Positions 41,711 through 63,326 of a stretch of 64,000 nucleotides of DNA are shown here, piece after piece (the first letter of the stretch is position 1; every line of letters starts with the position of its first letter). Source of the DNA: Eledone cirrhosa. Taxonomy: Eukaryota. The translations under genes and the position numbers were made by a program. The DNA lies in assembly GCA_964016885.1 (NCBI GenBank), contig OZ024758.1:3286001-3350000 (forward strand), given 5' to 3'. The notes under the pieces are model-generated. The model searched no databases, was not told the origin of the DNA, and saw only the letters and a list, made by a program, of their open reading frames with translations.

Positions 41711-44616
41711 TTTCATATTTTCTCGTCAAATACTAATCAGAGCCGAAATTAGAAATTAACTAACATGGCCATTCTAATGAGCACGATGTAAACTCTTTTG
41801 TGGCTTGATATATTAAATAATAACCGCTTATGCATAGCTTATATTGGAAAATGTATATCCCACACTATATGTTTCCCTTAAATGGTTTCTCTTATTACTG
41901 CAATATGTAAGAGATTGCCTTTCGCTGCTTCGTGTAATATTTTGTAATGAATACTCTAACATGTATACATATCACCTTATTCCGTTTTACATTCATTTAA
42001 TACTCTCTGATGGTTCCTCTTCTCACAGTGAAACATATTTCCACAATATGACGAAGACAGTAATGTAGATTGTTACGATTCGAGATAACTAGTGAGCTTG
42101 CAACTGCTCGTGTGTGGGTAACCCTAAATAACTTTATACTTTTTGTGATATCATGTACTGAGTAATGTGGATTTCATAATAATTTCATACATTTTTGATG
42201 ATTGCAAATTAATTAATCTGCCTAGTGTGTAGTATCGCTGCCCACAACCACGATATATTTTTATATAACATTGTATATGCAAAGGGTAACCATTAATCTT
42301 ATAATCATTACTGTTTTTTTGTGCAAGCAATTGTGGCTTAGAAAGCAATTTTTTATTGTTATTTATTATTGTTATTATCATTGCTATTATTAATACATAT
42401 TCTGTTCTTTAGTGTCAATGTTTATGTTTTCTCTTAATATTTTATTCAATATTGGAAAGGGAAAAAGCAAAAATAACTATCCGATATATCAATGCATTTG
42501 TGAGTACCTCTTGGTGCCAATCTTAACTGCATGAATTAACTAAAATAAAATGCTGACGTTCTATTAGCGACAAGGATATTTTACACATATTTATATATTC
42601 ATGACAATGTATTTGCTTGGATATCTAAGTGCATTCACCTTACATGACAATATAATACATCAAATACCTACTTAAGGTTGATGAATATTGTCAACTATAA
42701 ACTAGCGTACAGTTGAAGTAGACCAATTTTATATGTACAAAACTTGTTTGGAACCTAGGTTTTGTTACAAATATATTGCAGCGTCATTGAGCTCGCTTGT
42801 GAAATTTAAAACGCAAAGAATCAGAGCATTTAGATTATCACACAGTGAAACGAATAATGTATCCTTTTAGTTAATTGATTTAATACTTTCAGAAATGTAG
42901 ATAGAGTTGAAGATGATATATATATTCTAGTTATAAAGAAATGTACCTAAATGAAATATAATTCAATTTGATACAAAAATGTTTGACATTAATAGTAAAT
43001 GTGAGGAAGTCATGTAATATCCCGATTTGAAAAACAGCAATTTGAGAAAAAAAGAACACTAAGTAGGTGTAGATCTTATATATATTTAAGGCTGCAGGCT
43101 CCAAATGGAATTTATTGAGCGAAATGTTGAAAATATAAACAACGATCCCGAGAGCCAGCCAACAGTTGTATAGTTCGGGTTACGAGATCTCCTCTCCACA
43201 CAATATTATATTGACATTTCCATATGTTTATTCATGAGATTACTTAATTTAGTTATGATTAAGAATTTAGCATTGTGATTACAAATAAGTGTTTCTTCAA
43301 ATTGTGTTCTACTGTATTAGTGTGTAATATACACTTTAATTGGTTACCACAACCTTATAATCGTTCCTATGATTATAACAAACAATTATACTGATTTAAT
43401 TACTAAAGATTAACCTCTAAATCCGGTGTTAGGTTTTATTGTAAGGTTTAGTCGGGCATGTATACTTTCCTCTGTAGAGGTCCAATGAGCAGTCCATGTG
43501 ATTGGCATATATTTTTATATCAAAGTTTCCATGTAGCTCACCTATCAAACAACGTCATGTTACTAAATGAATCACTATACGTATTAAGACAGAACATTTT
43601 CTTTTATGTGTAGTTTATTGTATGGACAATTCACATTACAATTCACTTCACTATTCAGTTTATTCTACGTCAGTCAGTAACATATAGTTAAGTTCCAATA
43701 CTCGTATATTATGATACGTTTAGTTAAATGCTCTCTGGGAAAACTTCAAAGTTACTATTACCCATTTCATGTTCTACATAAAAGCAGGTTTTCTTTTTTT
43801 CATTATGGTTATGTTGTGCATATTAATCGAATTGGAAATGTGATAAAATAAATAAATAAAATGTTTGATATAAGTCAAAGAATATGATGCAATTTATCCA
43901 TTTATGCTTTTTCCTGCAAATAGTTGATTGTACAGATGGATATAGATTTCGATATTTGAAAGGGTCATCTTAACAAATATATTAAAAAAGGATGAAAACA
44001 ACTGGAAATAATCTATTGATATTGACGATGTCTTTTTCTGAATATACTTTGACTCCTGGGTATATTGATATATTGGAGTGTGTAATAAAAAAATATTCTG
44101 GTTAACACTGGATGGACTGACATTTCGATTCAATTCATGTTTCTTTAAATATCGGCACAACTTTCATATAGAGACGTTATTATTAGTCTTACTATACACG
44201 TATAGGCAAGGATATAACTATATCTCCGTCAAGGAAATAAAGCCTGGCAAAGTATGGATTCCATCTATATAAAACACGTAAAATGATTAATTCTCCTAAA
44301 AAAAAAATAACACATCTACACTAGCCTAACTAAAACTGAGTTGATACTGTATGTGTAGTAATTCACAACATGTAAATTATGGCATGGAATATACAGATAA
44401 AAATATCTCCTAACCAACTGATTTTTAACACAGTGTCAACCCTGGTTTATCCCTGCGCACTTGAAAGAAGGGAAGTATGGAATGACAAGAGCCCAGTAAG
44501 TAGGAGTTCATAGGGTGTATTAGTAACGTTAACATATTCGATGCATTGCCTTTCGGTTTTTTACTGTGTTATGATGTGAGTACAGACAATACTGAGATAT
44601 ATCTTGTTATTTATAG

Positions 44617-44689
44617 CTATGGAGATACATATAATATCGTACCAGTGAATGGCAGACAACCTACAAACACCATTCACATAAATACGAAG
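44617..44689 (+). pseudogene. DNAAF9-like exon YGDTYNIVPVNGRQPTNTIHINTK
   Basis: ttatttatag acceptor, AAG|gtttgt donor, phase 2 to 0; NIVPV ~ SIMPV. Confidence 0.6.
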
Positions 44690-45124
44690 GTTTGTTTCTC
44701 TGTGAGAAGCCAAATTAATAAACCAGTTGATATTTTGATGTCAAATCGTTATAATTTGGTTATGAAAGTAAAACTTGCTGCAAACGTCAGTAATATATAT
44801 GCAATTAAATACCAATTACGAGGGAACGCGGAGGAGGTCAGACAAGGAAAGTGCCTAATATATAAATTGACATATATATATATTTGTTTGAAGGAACTAT
44901 AATAAACTATATTGAAATATACGTTCAAGCAGCAAATGTATATTCTATAGTTTGTAAGCCGTAATTGGGCAGACAAATAGCAAAAGGGTTTCTTTTTGTG
45001 GAAGGCATGAATTAGAATTTATCATAATTTATAAAGTTGGACATTTGATAGATACTCATCACATGTCGGGTAACCAATTGAAGGCTGTGTTTTAGATGTA
45101 CGTAAAATGCCATCGTACCACCTA

Positions 45125-45313
45125 GGAGGCTGTGTCCCCATTAGTGCTTTGGAAACCACAAGCAGTCACTAATAACAAGGTGCGCAAGCTCTCTTATCCG
45201 ATGTCATCTTGAGAGATCCTGGTATTGAAATGCACGGTTTGGCAACAGCCATGAACGACAGACCCACGTGGAGATCGATTTCAGCTGAGGCCACCGGATG
45301 ATGATGATGATGA
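45125..45313 (+). mobile_element. RTE-clade LINE 3' end with (TGA)n tail
   Basis: LVLWKPQ...LATAMNDRPTWR followed by gatgatgatgatga. Confidence 0.75.
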
Positions 45314-45792
45314 GATGTTTTGATTTACCTTTCCTTTTTCATTGGATATAATCTAATAGGATACGTGATCTCGCAAGATTTATTCTAGTTTATATGTACA
45401 ACAATTGTTCTATAGCCTTATGGAATTTTAAAATTCTTATTGCCGAACAGCATTTTAGGAAACAATCCACATATTCATGGATGGTATGCATCGTCCCGTA
45501 ACTCCTGAAGAAATCTTAGAGGAACCTTATTAGCATACGGCGTTTCAAGGGCATCTTTTTAAGCCGGCAGAGCCCATCTCCTATCCAGGTTTAAATACAG
45601 CATTTGTCCTCCAGAGTAGAAAATGTAATGGGAAAATGGAACTGAGGAAGTAATATGGAGGAAGAATCAAGACCAGTACTTGACTGATACTTTTCTATTG
45701 ACCTCGAACGGATCAATGGCAAATTTGACCTCAAAGTCCTCATTCACAATTATTGAAATTGCTAATGTAAATTTGCTAACAAATTAAACCAT

Positions 45793-45844
<52 letters not shown>

Positions 45845-46719
45845 TATTCGAATCCAGTCACAACCTTTTCCTTCGTATCTCAATTATAACCTTATTCTTC
45901 AGGTTTGATACATCTCAACGGTAATGAAAAGAACATTAAATATGTTGCCTTCGCAACGGCATTAACTGTTAAATTGGAAGAAACATATTATCCTTTATTA
46001 CTTTGAATGTATGTCTGTTGCATTTCCATTTATAGTAAGTAATGATATAGGAAGACATCGACTATTAAGTCGCACGCAGGAAATAAATCTGCCAGCGTTT
46101 TAATGCATCGGCTATTAAAATCTAACGTTTTCCGTCATCACAATTTAGAACATGTGCTGCAAATATACACAATTTAAATTGTTCATCGCATATTAATTAC
46201 ATATAATAAAATCTGTGAATGTCGGGTTATATGACAAATACAATTAATTTGTCCTTAATTTACAATTGCTGTTCATGTATATTTTTATATATGTTTTATA
46301 CAACGAATATAAAGATTCGCTGATTTTGCATTTGTTTTTTCTTTAAATGTTTTTATAATTTCTTTTTCTCAATTATCTGAACACGAGAGGTTTCTTTACT
46401 GGCGTGTCTTCTAATTTTATTGATACAATTTGGATTCTTTTATTGTGAAATGCATATATTTAAGAGTTTCACATCACTACGAAATCTATTTCAAGAATAG
46501 AGGATTAATTGCTCAGTATCATGCAAAAGGCATTTAATTTTCATACTGCAAAATATATGATTCAACGTAATTTAGGCCACATGATATTTTATATTATATA
46601 CTAACTAATATTGCCCTGTCCAATATTCAAGATCTAAAACAGTTAGTTATTTGCGATATTTAAATCATGAAAAAACATTCATTGACGAATTGAGGAAGCC
46701 ACCTAACACTGTCCACCTG

Positions 46720-47270
46720 AATTACCAAACTAACAGAAAAATTATACCAAAGAAATCATATAAAGGAGGATGAAATCGCGCCCTTCCACCGTGTCCTCAA
46801 ATCATCAAAGCACACACAACACGGGCACAAAATCACACCAACTATCATTCGAATTAGACAACAATATATACTTTTCTCGGTGTAAAGATGAAGGGGAACC
46901 CCCAAAACCATACGAAAGAAAAGGAAACAAACATATGGCATCACTTAAACGGACATAACAAACACAAACACGTACACAAAAAGGGAAACTCGACAAACAC
47001 TAACAACACTACCATCACTGGATCAGGTCCAGGGCATCTCTCTCTACCCGGGATGTGGAAGTGCTGCATCGACGTATGCATACGAAGTCGGAAGACGAGG
47101 TGGTCAGAACCTTTGTAAAGAAATATGAAAGTTTGACGGAAACAAACCTGAACCCAGATATGTCGGTGATTTTGCATCTTCGCACCTGAAGAGGGAAATT
47201 TATGGTGTTCAACAGTGTCGGTGGACCTGCACAGACGAACCAGTGAAGTTGTTAGGAGATTGATTTGTAG
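46720..47270 (+). mobile_element. Penelope-like 3' end with degenerate hammerhead
   Basis: AC-rich decayed ORF, then cacCTGAAGAgggaa...aACAGTGTCggtg at 47183-47223; abuts an (AGT/AGC)n tract. Confidence 0.55.
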
Positions 47271-47510
47271 TATTAGTAATAGTAGTAGTAGTAACAGCAG
47301 AAGGTGGGGCATTAGTAACAGCAGCTGTAATAGTAGTATTAGCAGCAGTAGTATTAGTAGCAGAGCAGCAGTAGTAGCAGAGCAGCAGTAGTAATAGCAG
47401 AGCAGCAGTAGTAGCAGGGTAGCAGTAGTATTAGCAGAGCAGCAGTAGTAGTAGCAGTATTAGTAGTAGTAACAGAAATAGTAATAATAGAAATAGTAAT
47501 AGTAATAACT
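47268..47510. repeat. (AGT/AGC)n trinucleotide tract
   Basis: Direct reading. Confidence 0.9.
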
Positions 47511-48149
47511 TTTGTAATAATATTATCAGCATTGTTATAGTTTTAATTTATTAATTAATTTAATAAATACCCAACATCAAATCAAATTTGTAAAAACGAA
47601 ACGAAAAAAATAATAAAACAGTTGTTAGAATTCGACTGATCATTGAAGCAAATAAACAGATTTTGCCAAAGCAACAGTGCAATAGACTAGAACAAAGCAA
47701 TGGCAGAGAATAATATATGGAATGTGAGAATGTTATATTGCGAAAGCTTTGAAACGTTGTTCATTAGTTTTCATCTTTGTTACTTAATGTAATATTTATC
47801 CAGTTTATGTTTTTGTCTTTCATTTTGGAGTTTATTCTATCTACATATTTGAAGTTTTCTATTTTCCTTTGCGTTCTCATCAGAAATTTAATTACACATC
47901 TAAAATATTTATATACCATATAAAACTTTTTATTATAATATAGAAGCGATTGCTATTTCAATGGCAAATAAATACTAATTACAGATGTATATGTAATTCG
48001 AATTAGACTTTCAGATGGCAAATCTTTTGAGAAAGAACACTAAACCTTAATAGTGAGAATAATGGTAATGATAGCAATAGTAATAATCATCATCATCATC
48101 AACATCATTCAAGTTTTGATTATGCAGGAAACATTCAATCCCTAAGTAG

Positions 48150-48395
48150 AGGTGGTTCCTGTCTGATAACACTCCTTAGCGCCCCGATCATTGTGTTTCT
48201 TCTCCGCCGGTCTCACTTAGGAGAGGCCAAGTCTAACTTGACCCCGAAGGACATCCTCCATCAAAGTCGTTCTTGTCTTGCTGGGATGCTACTGCAGTGA
48301 GGGCTGGATATTCATCACTTTGCTGATCCAGCCCTTATTGCGCTCGACATAGAAACACCAACGCACGAGTTTCGTGTGAAGCGTATCCTTGCAGT
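48150..48395. mobile_element. GC-richer interspersed repeat (possible LINE 5' UTR), related to 62085-62200 and, inverted, ~10140-10200
   Basis: Shared ctccttagcg..ccgatc..tctcactt..ccaag..cttga..gacatcctcc. Confidence 0.55.
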
Positions 48396-48398
48396 TTA

Positions 48399-48434
<36 letters not shown>

Positions 48435-48435
48435 T

Positions 48436-48590
48436 AGGGCGGGTAAAATTCCCGAGATCCATGGACGAGTTCTCTTCAGCGATCTCTGTCCCTCATTATC
48501 GCTGCCAAGTCCTGCGTCTCCAACAGATCAGTGTCTATCCTTAGGGCATCAACATACATTAACCTTGGTCTTCCTCTTCCAGTGTGTCCA
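48436..48590 (-). mobile_element. RTE-clade LINE 3' fragment
   Basis: HTGRGRPRLMYVDALRIDT...AAIMRDR. Confidence 0.8.
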
Positions 48591-49346
48591 TTGAAATTAA
48601 ATGACATGCAAAAACATATATATAGAAATAAGGTAAGCCCAAATCATAGATTCAAATATCACAGAGAGAGAGAAGTAAGGTGCAATTGAAATGAAACATG
48701 GATTACAGGTTAAAATATAGTCTAGATAGATGTGAAATAAAACGAGGGTGTAGTTTATGGAACACCCAAATGAAGATTGTTTTGTAACCAGTATCGAACA
48801 TATTATCGGTTAACCTCACCACTCCTATGTGTGAAGACTTTAGAGACACCCTCCTAAGACACTGACTTATCGCACATTAAAATAGAGTAGTGAGAAGAAT
48901 TACTACGAAATAAAAACACAATTCCTCTTCAACATCAAGTGAATTGTGAAATACCCAATAAACTATTGGGATTCTTATAAATCTGTTTCTCTCCGAAACA
49001 TGTGAAATTGCGCATAAGTTGGATTTCCATATTTCTATAATAGTGAAGGACAGAAATTCCATGGTGCCTCATATTTATATCAGGACATTAGTTTCGCTGA
49101 GTTGCTCCTTGCGTTTGTCCTTGCTTTTGCCGTTCTGTTTATAAACCGCACCGATATCCATGTTCTATTGCAACTTCTGGGGTCAATGAAAGGAAATATC
49201 AATCAATTATTCTTATGTTAATTCTCCCTTCTCTCTATTTCTCTCTCGCTCATATTTATCTACGCTGCACAACCAATTATGGGAGGGACCATATACACAG
49301 TCAAGTTTGTTTTTTTCAATAATTATAAAATTTCAGTATTTTACAG

Positions 49347-49419
49347 GGAAAAGCGGCGTCCATTGAGGCTTTAAATAGATTAGTAGAGCCACTTATGAGG
49401 AATATAAGCTGGCAGAGGA
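49347..49419 (+). pseudogene. DNAAF9-like exon GKAASIEALNRLVEPLMRNISWQR
   Basis: attttacag acceptor, gtatga donor; only phase 0 is open. Confidence 0.55.
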
Positions 49420-49454
49420 GTATGATTATTTATATGCACCACTCAAATGACACC

Positions 49455-49600
49455 ACCTATATCCTGAGTTCAGATCTCGCTCAGATAAACCTTTTCTTTG
49501 GTCGAAGTAGTAATCAACAGTCATATACTGGGGTCAATATAATCGATGGTTCCCTCCCTCAAATCGTTCGGCCTTCCACCTTTGAAACAATCAATATTAT
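49455..49600 (+). mobile_element. Degenerate Nin/Deu-domain SINE
   Basis: ctgagttcagatc...actggggtcaatataatcgat. Confidence 0.6.
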
Positions 49601-49922
49601 TATTATTATTATTACTGACATTATAAAATTGTTTTGCGGCTATTTTGTTTTGTTCACTCATGTTATTCTTTTTTCTATCGTTTTATCTCATGTATTCATT
49701 TGATTACTTTACAGGGGAAAATACGATTAATGAAAACAAATAATAAACGGGACGTTGAGTTTTTGATCAAATTAACTTTACTATACTTTTTTAAATATCA
49801 TTTTGCATTTTATATATATTTCGCACATGTTACCACAAATTAAAACCGATACACACACAAACGCACATATATAAACATGGAAACATATATATGTATGTAT
49901 ATATATATATATGTCTGAATTA

Positions 49923-49960
<38 letters not shown>

Positions 49961-51060
49961 CATTATACATATTATGAACATGGGAACTTGCGAGCATAAT
50001 TTGAAAGACAAGAAGTCAATATCACAAACATTATAGTGGAAAATGAATGAAGTTTCATACCATGCAAGTGAAAAAATATAAATCAGAACAAAAAACAACG
50101 AACCACATAAAGCTAATCAAAATTGTAAAAAAAATCGAAAGAAAGTAAAGAGAAAGAATGAACGAACGGATGAACGAATTAAAAAATATATAACAAAATT
50201 AGAATGGAAAAAAATGCTGGCTTATCGAGCGTAAATCAGCTTTTTTTTTTTTTCTCATACCCAAAAGCAAAGTGTAGAAATCAATGTTTAAAATATCGAT
50301 TTTACGGCAAATATAATTAGTGTTTGTTTTTTGTGTTATTTTTTAATTTTATTTGTAGGATATTGTTATTGTATGTTGTTTTTGATGCGATAATAAAATC
50401 TAATTGGAAGAGCTCTATCATGATCTTACCAAACCTTGGCTTAATTGCATTTCGTTCTGTTATTAAGAATTTTTAGAGTAATGATGATTTTTTTTGCGAT
50501 TAATATTTTTATGATTATTATTATTATCAGTCCGTTTATATTTTGATTATCATTGTATTTGTATAACTTTTTCTCTTAAAACTACATAGTATGCTTTTAA
50601 ATATTACATTCCTTACAGTTATTATTGTTATTTCTCATTTTTTTAAATATCTGATTGGTCATTTTGGTGTTGTTTGGGTGTTGGCGACAAATATCTGTAT
50701 ATTTGTTTGTTTATATGAAATTCATTATTTACTTTATATATATTTCCCATGATAAATTTTATATACAAATATCTTTATCTTTTATTTAAATATTTTGATT
50801 TCGCTATTTCTCTCCGGTCAGCAGTCAATAGCTGAAATAATATTTAAATATATAAATTATAAACAATTATATACATGCAACTATTCAAGTGTATTTATAT
50901 ATAAGGATATAAGCACGTATCCGTACTGAGTTTCTACATATTTAGCTATTTATCTCTATCTCATCTCTCGCAACACACACGAATTATGGAGAGAGGGTTA
51001 TTAGCAATTGGAAAGACCAACAGAAAGCATTGTCTCCTCGGTCCGATTTGATCAGAGTCG

Positions 51061-51108
<48 letters not shown>

Positions 51109-51291
51109 CATATACACACACACACACGGACGGACCGAGGAATGTTATATCATTCTATCGTAGCATGATTGTGAGTCTGTTTAGAGGTGCATCTTAAATA
51201 TATTTAAGTTCTATATTAATGGAACTTCCATATCCGAAAAACATGGAAATAAGAATCAAATTGGTACCTAGATTTGATTGTCCTTTGGTAG

Positions 51292-51446
51292 AGTGTTTCA
51301 TTCCTCAACCGACGTATAAGAAACTTATTAAATTGCCTTTCACTTTCGATGAGTTTATTTCATAATTATATAACCATGCCTCGTAAATGGATGTATGTTC
51401 GTTGCTATATACCTGAATATCAGCCAATTAGTTTCCCCGATTACAG
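51292..51446 (+). pseudogene. DNAAF9-like exon KCFIPQPTYKKLIKLPFTFDEFI/HNYITMPRKWMY...
   Basis: tttggtag acceptor, CAG|gtaaat donor; +1 frameshift near 51360. Confidence 0.55.
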
Positions 51447-52034
51447 GTAAATATTTCTTATATGTTTAAAACGCCCCAAGTAAATTTCTAATAAATGTAT
51501 AACCACTTGATTATTGCAAGTACATCCTGTCAGTAAATATCCAAAATACATAAATAAATCAACTGAGAATTCTCAAACACTGTATATGTTCAACGCGTTC
51601 TTCTTTAGTTACAGCAGCTTTTAAAAAAAGGATTCAAAGTAATTGGATTAGCATCAGCTTATCCTATATCTTACCTAATTAGACATAATAAGTAAAAGCT
51701 TTCAAATTAGGGATATTTTGTTAATAGATTCTATCAATTAATTCAGGTCCCAAACAGAGTTATACGACCTCTGTAATTAGCGTAACATTAACGGAAATTT
51801 ACGATTTCCTGGGGCTCACTAAAATTGCAGTGTATACTGCCTTAATACTGACATACGAATATGTATCGTTCTTTGAACAGAAGAGTAAATTGAAAGAAGA
51901 AATGTTTTAAATCTTATGAAAGGTACAGAATCATTATTAATATTTGCTGATGTGATATCATTTGATAAAGAAAAAACAAATATATTTGAACTTAATTATT
52001 GCCTGAACAACGAATGAAGCCATATCAGTGTTAG

Positions 52035-52101
52035 ATTGTTGTCGTGGTTTTGTTGCTATTTGAAGAAGGAAAACCCAAATGTGTTGAGCACCCTTTGCTT
52101 G
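52035..52101 (+). pseudogene. DNAAF9-like exon CCRGFVAI/EEGKPKCVEHPLL
   Basis: ttag acceptor, G|gtattc donor; +1 frameshift near 52060. Confidence 0.5.
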
Positions 52102-52175
52102 GTATTCAGACATCTTCGCAGAAAACCTTTGAGGTCAAACATTCATTTTTCATTAGTTATAATGATTATAAATTT

Positions 52176-52504
52176 ATTGTTATACTTTGGGAGGTTCATG
52201 TTGCCAATAAGAAACACACGCACCAGTTGCTTTCACTTCAATTTATTATATATTTATAAATTTATAAGTTTATAAATTTATAAATTTCTGGCTGGTTGGT
52301 TGGTTCCACAACCAGATAGTTGTTTATATATAGTCATAGTTCTTTCGTCACACACTCTGGTTGTGGAACCAACCAACCAACCAGAAATTTATAAATTTAT
52401 AAACTTATAAATATATAAATTTATAAATATATAATAAATTGAAGTGAAAGCAACTGGTGCGCGTGTTTCTTATTGGCAACATGACCCTCCCAAAGTATAA
52501 CAAT
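52176..52504. repeat. Long near-perfect inverted repeat (141/149-bp arms, 39-nt loop)
   Basis: Arms 52176-52316 and 52356-52504. Confidence 0.95.
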
Positions 52505-53021
52505 ATCGGTTTCAACACACGATTTCAGATAAAGAATCTTGCTAAACAAATTCAGAAACGATTATAAATTTAATAACTTGAATGATAAAATTGTTTCATG
52601 GTTTGACTGAAGTACCACGTTAATAAGGATCGATGTCTTTCATTATCTCTCTAAACACAATTCAGTTAATTTCAAAGTGTATATATCTCGTTCCCTCGAA
52701 TTATATGACAGTGACAAATGATGTTTTGAAACTGCAGACATAAACGGTCAAGCATGGTTCGTCTCATTTGCCAAGCGTTTTCAAGAAATCTAATGGAATT
52801 AATTCGTAGCTTCTAGTGCTAATATAAAACATATAAGTTGCTAGCATTCGAAAAACACTGATAATTTCCGTCAAAATATTCTGTAGAGTGAATATCATTA
52901 GTTCGCGGAACTGACATGAATTAAAGATGATATAAATAAAATCAAAACAATAATAATACTTGATAAAAAATAAAAAACAAACGGTTCAATGGTCACACCA
53001 AGCAATGTAATTTAGATACAG

Positions 53022-53225
53022 AAAAAAAATTTAATGACATTTTTGATCTTGAAAGCATATATCTACATTGTACATCGTTTTAATGCTCAAGCCAGGGCGA
53101 ATTTTGAACATAAAAAAGAAAATTCAATTTCAAACCTGGTGGATATCAAAAGGTATGGCAAATGCTTCGTAAAAATTCTTCTTTATACCCAACAATGTGG
53201 AAAATCATATCTAATTTCACGCTAA
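53022..53225 (+). pseudogene. Possible DNAAF9-like terminal exon LMTFLILKAYIYIVHRFNAQ...
   Basis: atacag acceptor, ORF 53034..53225; weak similarity to the C-terminal helix (ANREIEKYNQE). Confidence 0.3.
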
Positions 53226-53347
53226 TTGTATTTACTTCATAGGTTTTTTGTGAGGTTAGAGTGTTCTGAATTTTATTGATACCAAATGGACAATTTGACA
53301 AAAACCACTGAATGAGAAGACGTCCATGTTTACTGTATATCAAAGAA

Positions 53348-60259
<6,912 letters not shown>

Positions 60260-60535
60260 CTTGGTAGAGTTATCCATGTGTAAGCGCACTCAGTCCATAG
60301 GTCAAGTATAATTCTTTAGAAAGAGACATATACACGTATTTATGTTTGGCTCGGTCATACACACCAATACATTCAACCTGTTATATAAATAAAGACGGCC
60401 ATCATTGTTCATATAACAGACTGAATTTGTTGGTGTATATAACCCAATGAAACTTACGCACCTGTACATATCACAGTTGTAACTAAATCTACCTATTTAT
60501 CAATATAGGGCGGGTAAAATCCCTCAGATATATTT

Positions 60536-60571
<36 letters not shown>

Positions 60572-61294
60572 TTTTACACACACACACATTTATATACATA
60601 TGTATATACGATCAAATACTAAATGTTCTAAGGACATTTATTACTTGTTTAGAAGCCGATATCTTTACGTAAGTAATACGAGATGTTTCACAAAAATTAT
60701 ATAAAAGTTAATGTCTCGTAAAATTAAGATTAGAAAAATAACAAAAATATGATAAAAGAAAACTACTTCATCCTTAATTAGCAACAGGAGGGCAGCGAAA
60801 GTAATTTATTAATTAAATACTGTAGAAAATACGTAAAAAATATAATAATAAAAAGAGTGTTTAATCATTGGATTGCATAAACATTAATTAAAATTAGTTT
60901 TCAGTCAGATCAAATATGAAACTGATTAAAGTAGGTAGAAAGGAATTTAAAAAGAAAGAAATTCTAATTGAAATAATAATTGGTTTAGAAAAGATATTCA
61001 CCTGTCTAAGGTGCCGATAAATGACAACTGTTATTGATGACTGATTTGGTCGCACCTAGTAGCTACATTCAAAAAGATCTGTTCACTCCCCACTCATTTT
61101 ATATTGGTGTTATTTAATAATCAAATAAATGTTTCGCTTATTAATAATTACTAAAGCGTACAAATTACATATATTTGTGTGGAATTGTACTGTAGTTTTT
61201 ACCAAACATTCTCGGGGTATTTTTGGTTCATATTTCAATTTGCATTGAATTATACTTTTTCACTAATATTTAACAATATTAACATGTGTATTAC

Positions 61295-61420
61295 GGCCCT
61301 TGCCATTCTGAGTTCAAATTCCGCCGAGGTTAACCTTGCCTTCCTTACGGGGTCGATAACATTAATTACCAGTAATACACTGGGGTTTTGCTGGCCTTGT
61401 GCCAAAAGTAGAAACAATTA
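61295..61420 (+). mobile_element. Nin/Deu-domain SINE, 5' truncated
   Basis: gagttcaaattccgccgagg, core and tail. Confidence 0.9.
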
Positions 61421-61542
61421 ATATGTGTAATGCTCTCCGTGTTTCACTATATATCATGCCGTACAAATATTTGCACTAGCACATTCTATTATCACCATCC
61501 CCCTTTCTCACTCTAAATGTATGTATATATATATACGCACAT

Positions 61543-61678
61543 ATAGTATGTACCCCCAAAAATTGTACACCCCAATTACCTGTACTGACAATATTTATAA
61601 AAGTGCTGTTGAAGAGTCACTATACATTTATATATGTGACATATATATTTATATATATATATTTTGGGGGACACTATA
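61543..61678. mobile_element. Related Tc1/mariner MITE, longer variant
   Basis: tgtacccccaaaaat...attttgggggaca termini; internal gttgaagagt. Confidence 0.5.
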
Positions 61679-62372
61679 CGTACTTACTTAGGTACTTGCG
61701 TGCGTGCGTATCTTGATATGTTAACTATTTTTGGATAGTACATTAAAAATAAGATAATTATGAATAATGTACTGATAAGCCACGTAAAGCATCTAATTAA
61801 ACCGCACTAATCAAATGTAAGGTTCGAAATTTCATCTAATGTTTGAATGTAGTTTTTCCACATACGACAGATTCAGGTTTCGATTCCCACATACCCTTAC
61901 ACTCTCCTCACTAAACTGGTGTTGTACTTACCCAACTGATGCAACTATTAGTAACAGTTTTCAGTCGTGCTACATTCAGGCAGCTAACATGTTTTCAAAT
62001 TTGAATTTCTGAGACAATGGATTTAAAATTAATATGTTCATTGTAAAATTTAACTGAAATATTTTACATCTGTGGTAAGAAACCATGGGATGGGTCCTTG
62101 ACTCACAATGCTCCTTAGCGTTCCGATCGATGTGCTTCTGTCCGCCTATCTCACTTGGGCTAGACCAAGCCTAGCTTGATGCCGACAGACATCCTCCGCA
62201 GTAAATTAAATATCACAATATGGTTCGGAATGCTATAGATTCTGCAAGAAATTTGCAACCAAAACTTTCAAGAGAGACTAAGTCATGTAGAAATAAATCA
62301 ATTCCAGTCCAACACAATTACTAAAAGCTGTTCAACAATCATTGTAAGAGTTATATATTGTTGCTCTACATA

Positions 62373-62452
62373 CAGGGTATACCAAGAAAATGTATATGAA
62401 TATATTTATTAGAATACCGTTGAAGAGTGTTTACAGGTTTTGGACCACCCTG
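62373..62452. mobile_element. 80-bp Tc1/mariner MITE (MADE-like)
   Basis: TA-cagggt...accctg-TA. Confidence 0.75.
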
Positions 62453-63164
62453 TATATCTCGAAAATATTATTTCATGTGATAAAACAGGTAAACACGTAG
62501 AATTGAAAGCCCAGGATATCAGCGCAATTATAGAAGTTACAAGTGAACCTAATAACAGACAACATCATCTACTCGGATGAACTGATCACATTTCTCTATA
62601 ATAACGGAGAAAATATTAATTTCTATGATAATAGGTTCAACACAAGCCATATGGAACTAAATTCAGCGCATTATACAATACATTAATCTCATCTGATATT
62701 GAAAGTAACTCAAGATAGTATGGCACATTTGTGAAGATTCAGGCTTCTTGACCAATGGAGAAATATATACTTATTCAAGACAAAGGTATATCATCGTAAA
62801 GCAACGGGTAGAGGTTAAAGAGCGGACAATAAGAACACATGATAAACTATAGCGTGGTAAATATACTCAATCAAGTCATAAAGAGTGTACATTATCTTGG
62901 TCAAAATCAAATATTATGCATTGAATTAAATCGGATTTGCATAATTATTCTAAATAGAAATCTACTTACAGCGCAGATATACTGAAATATATATTGAATT
63001 CATCACGGAATACTATCAGCTATTCGTATCATACAACATATACAGAAACAGCTAAAGTATCTGAAATTCCTCTCCATGAAAAATTAATGAATTTAAAGAT
63101 AGTTTACACTATTTAATGGATATAAAACTTTAATGTCAATGAGGAAATATCCGCCATCTTAAAT

Positions 63165-63191
63165 ATACATACATGTATATATATATATATT

Positions 63192-63259
<68 letters not shown>

Positions 63260-63271
63260 TATATATATATT

Positions 63272-63326
<55 letters not shown>

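Noticed and set aside
43894-44272. 88-aa minus ORF and a PH-like KGHLNKY..KG*K on plus
   Set aside because: No convincing splice sites, several stops on plus, and no partner exons.
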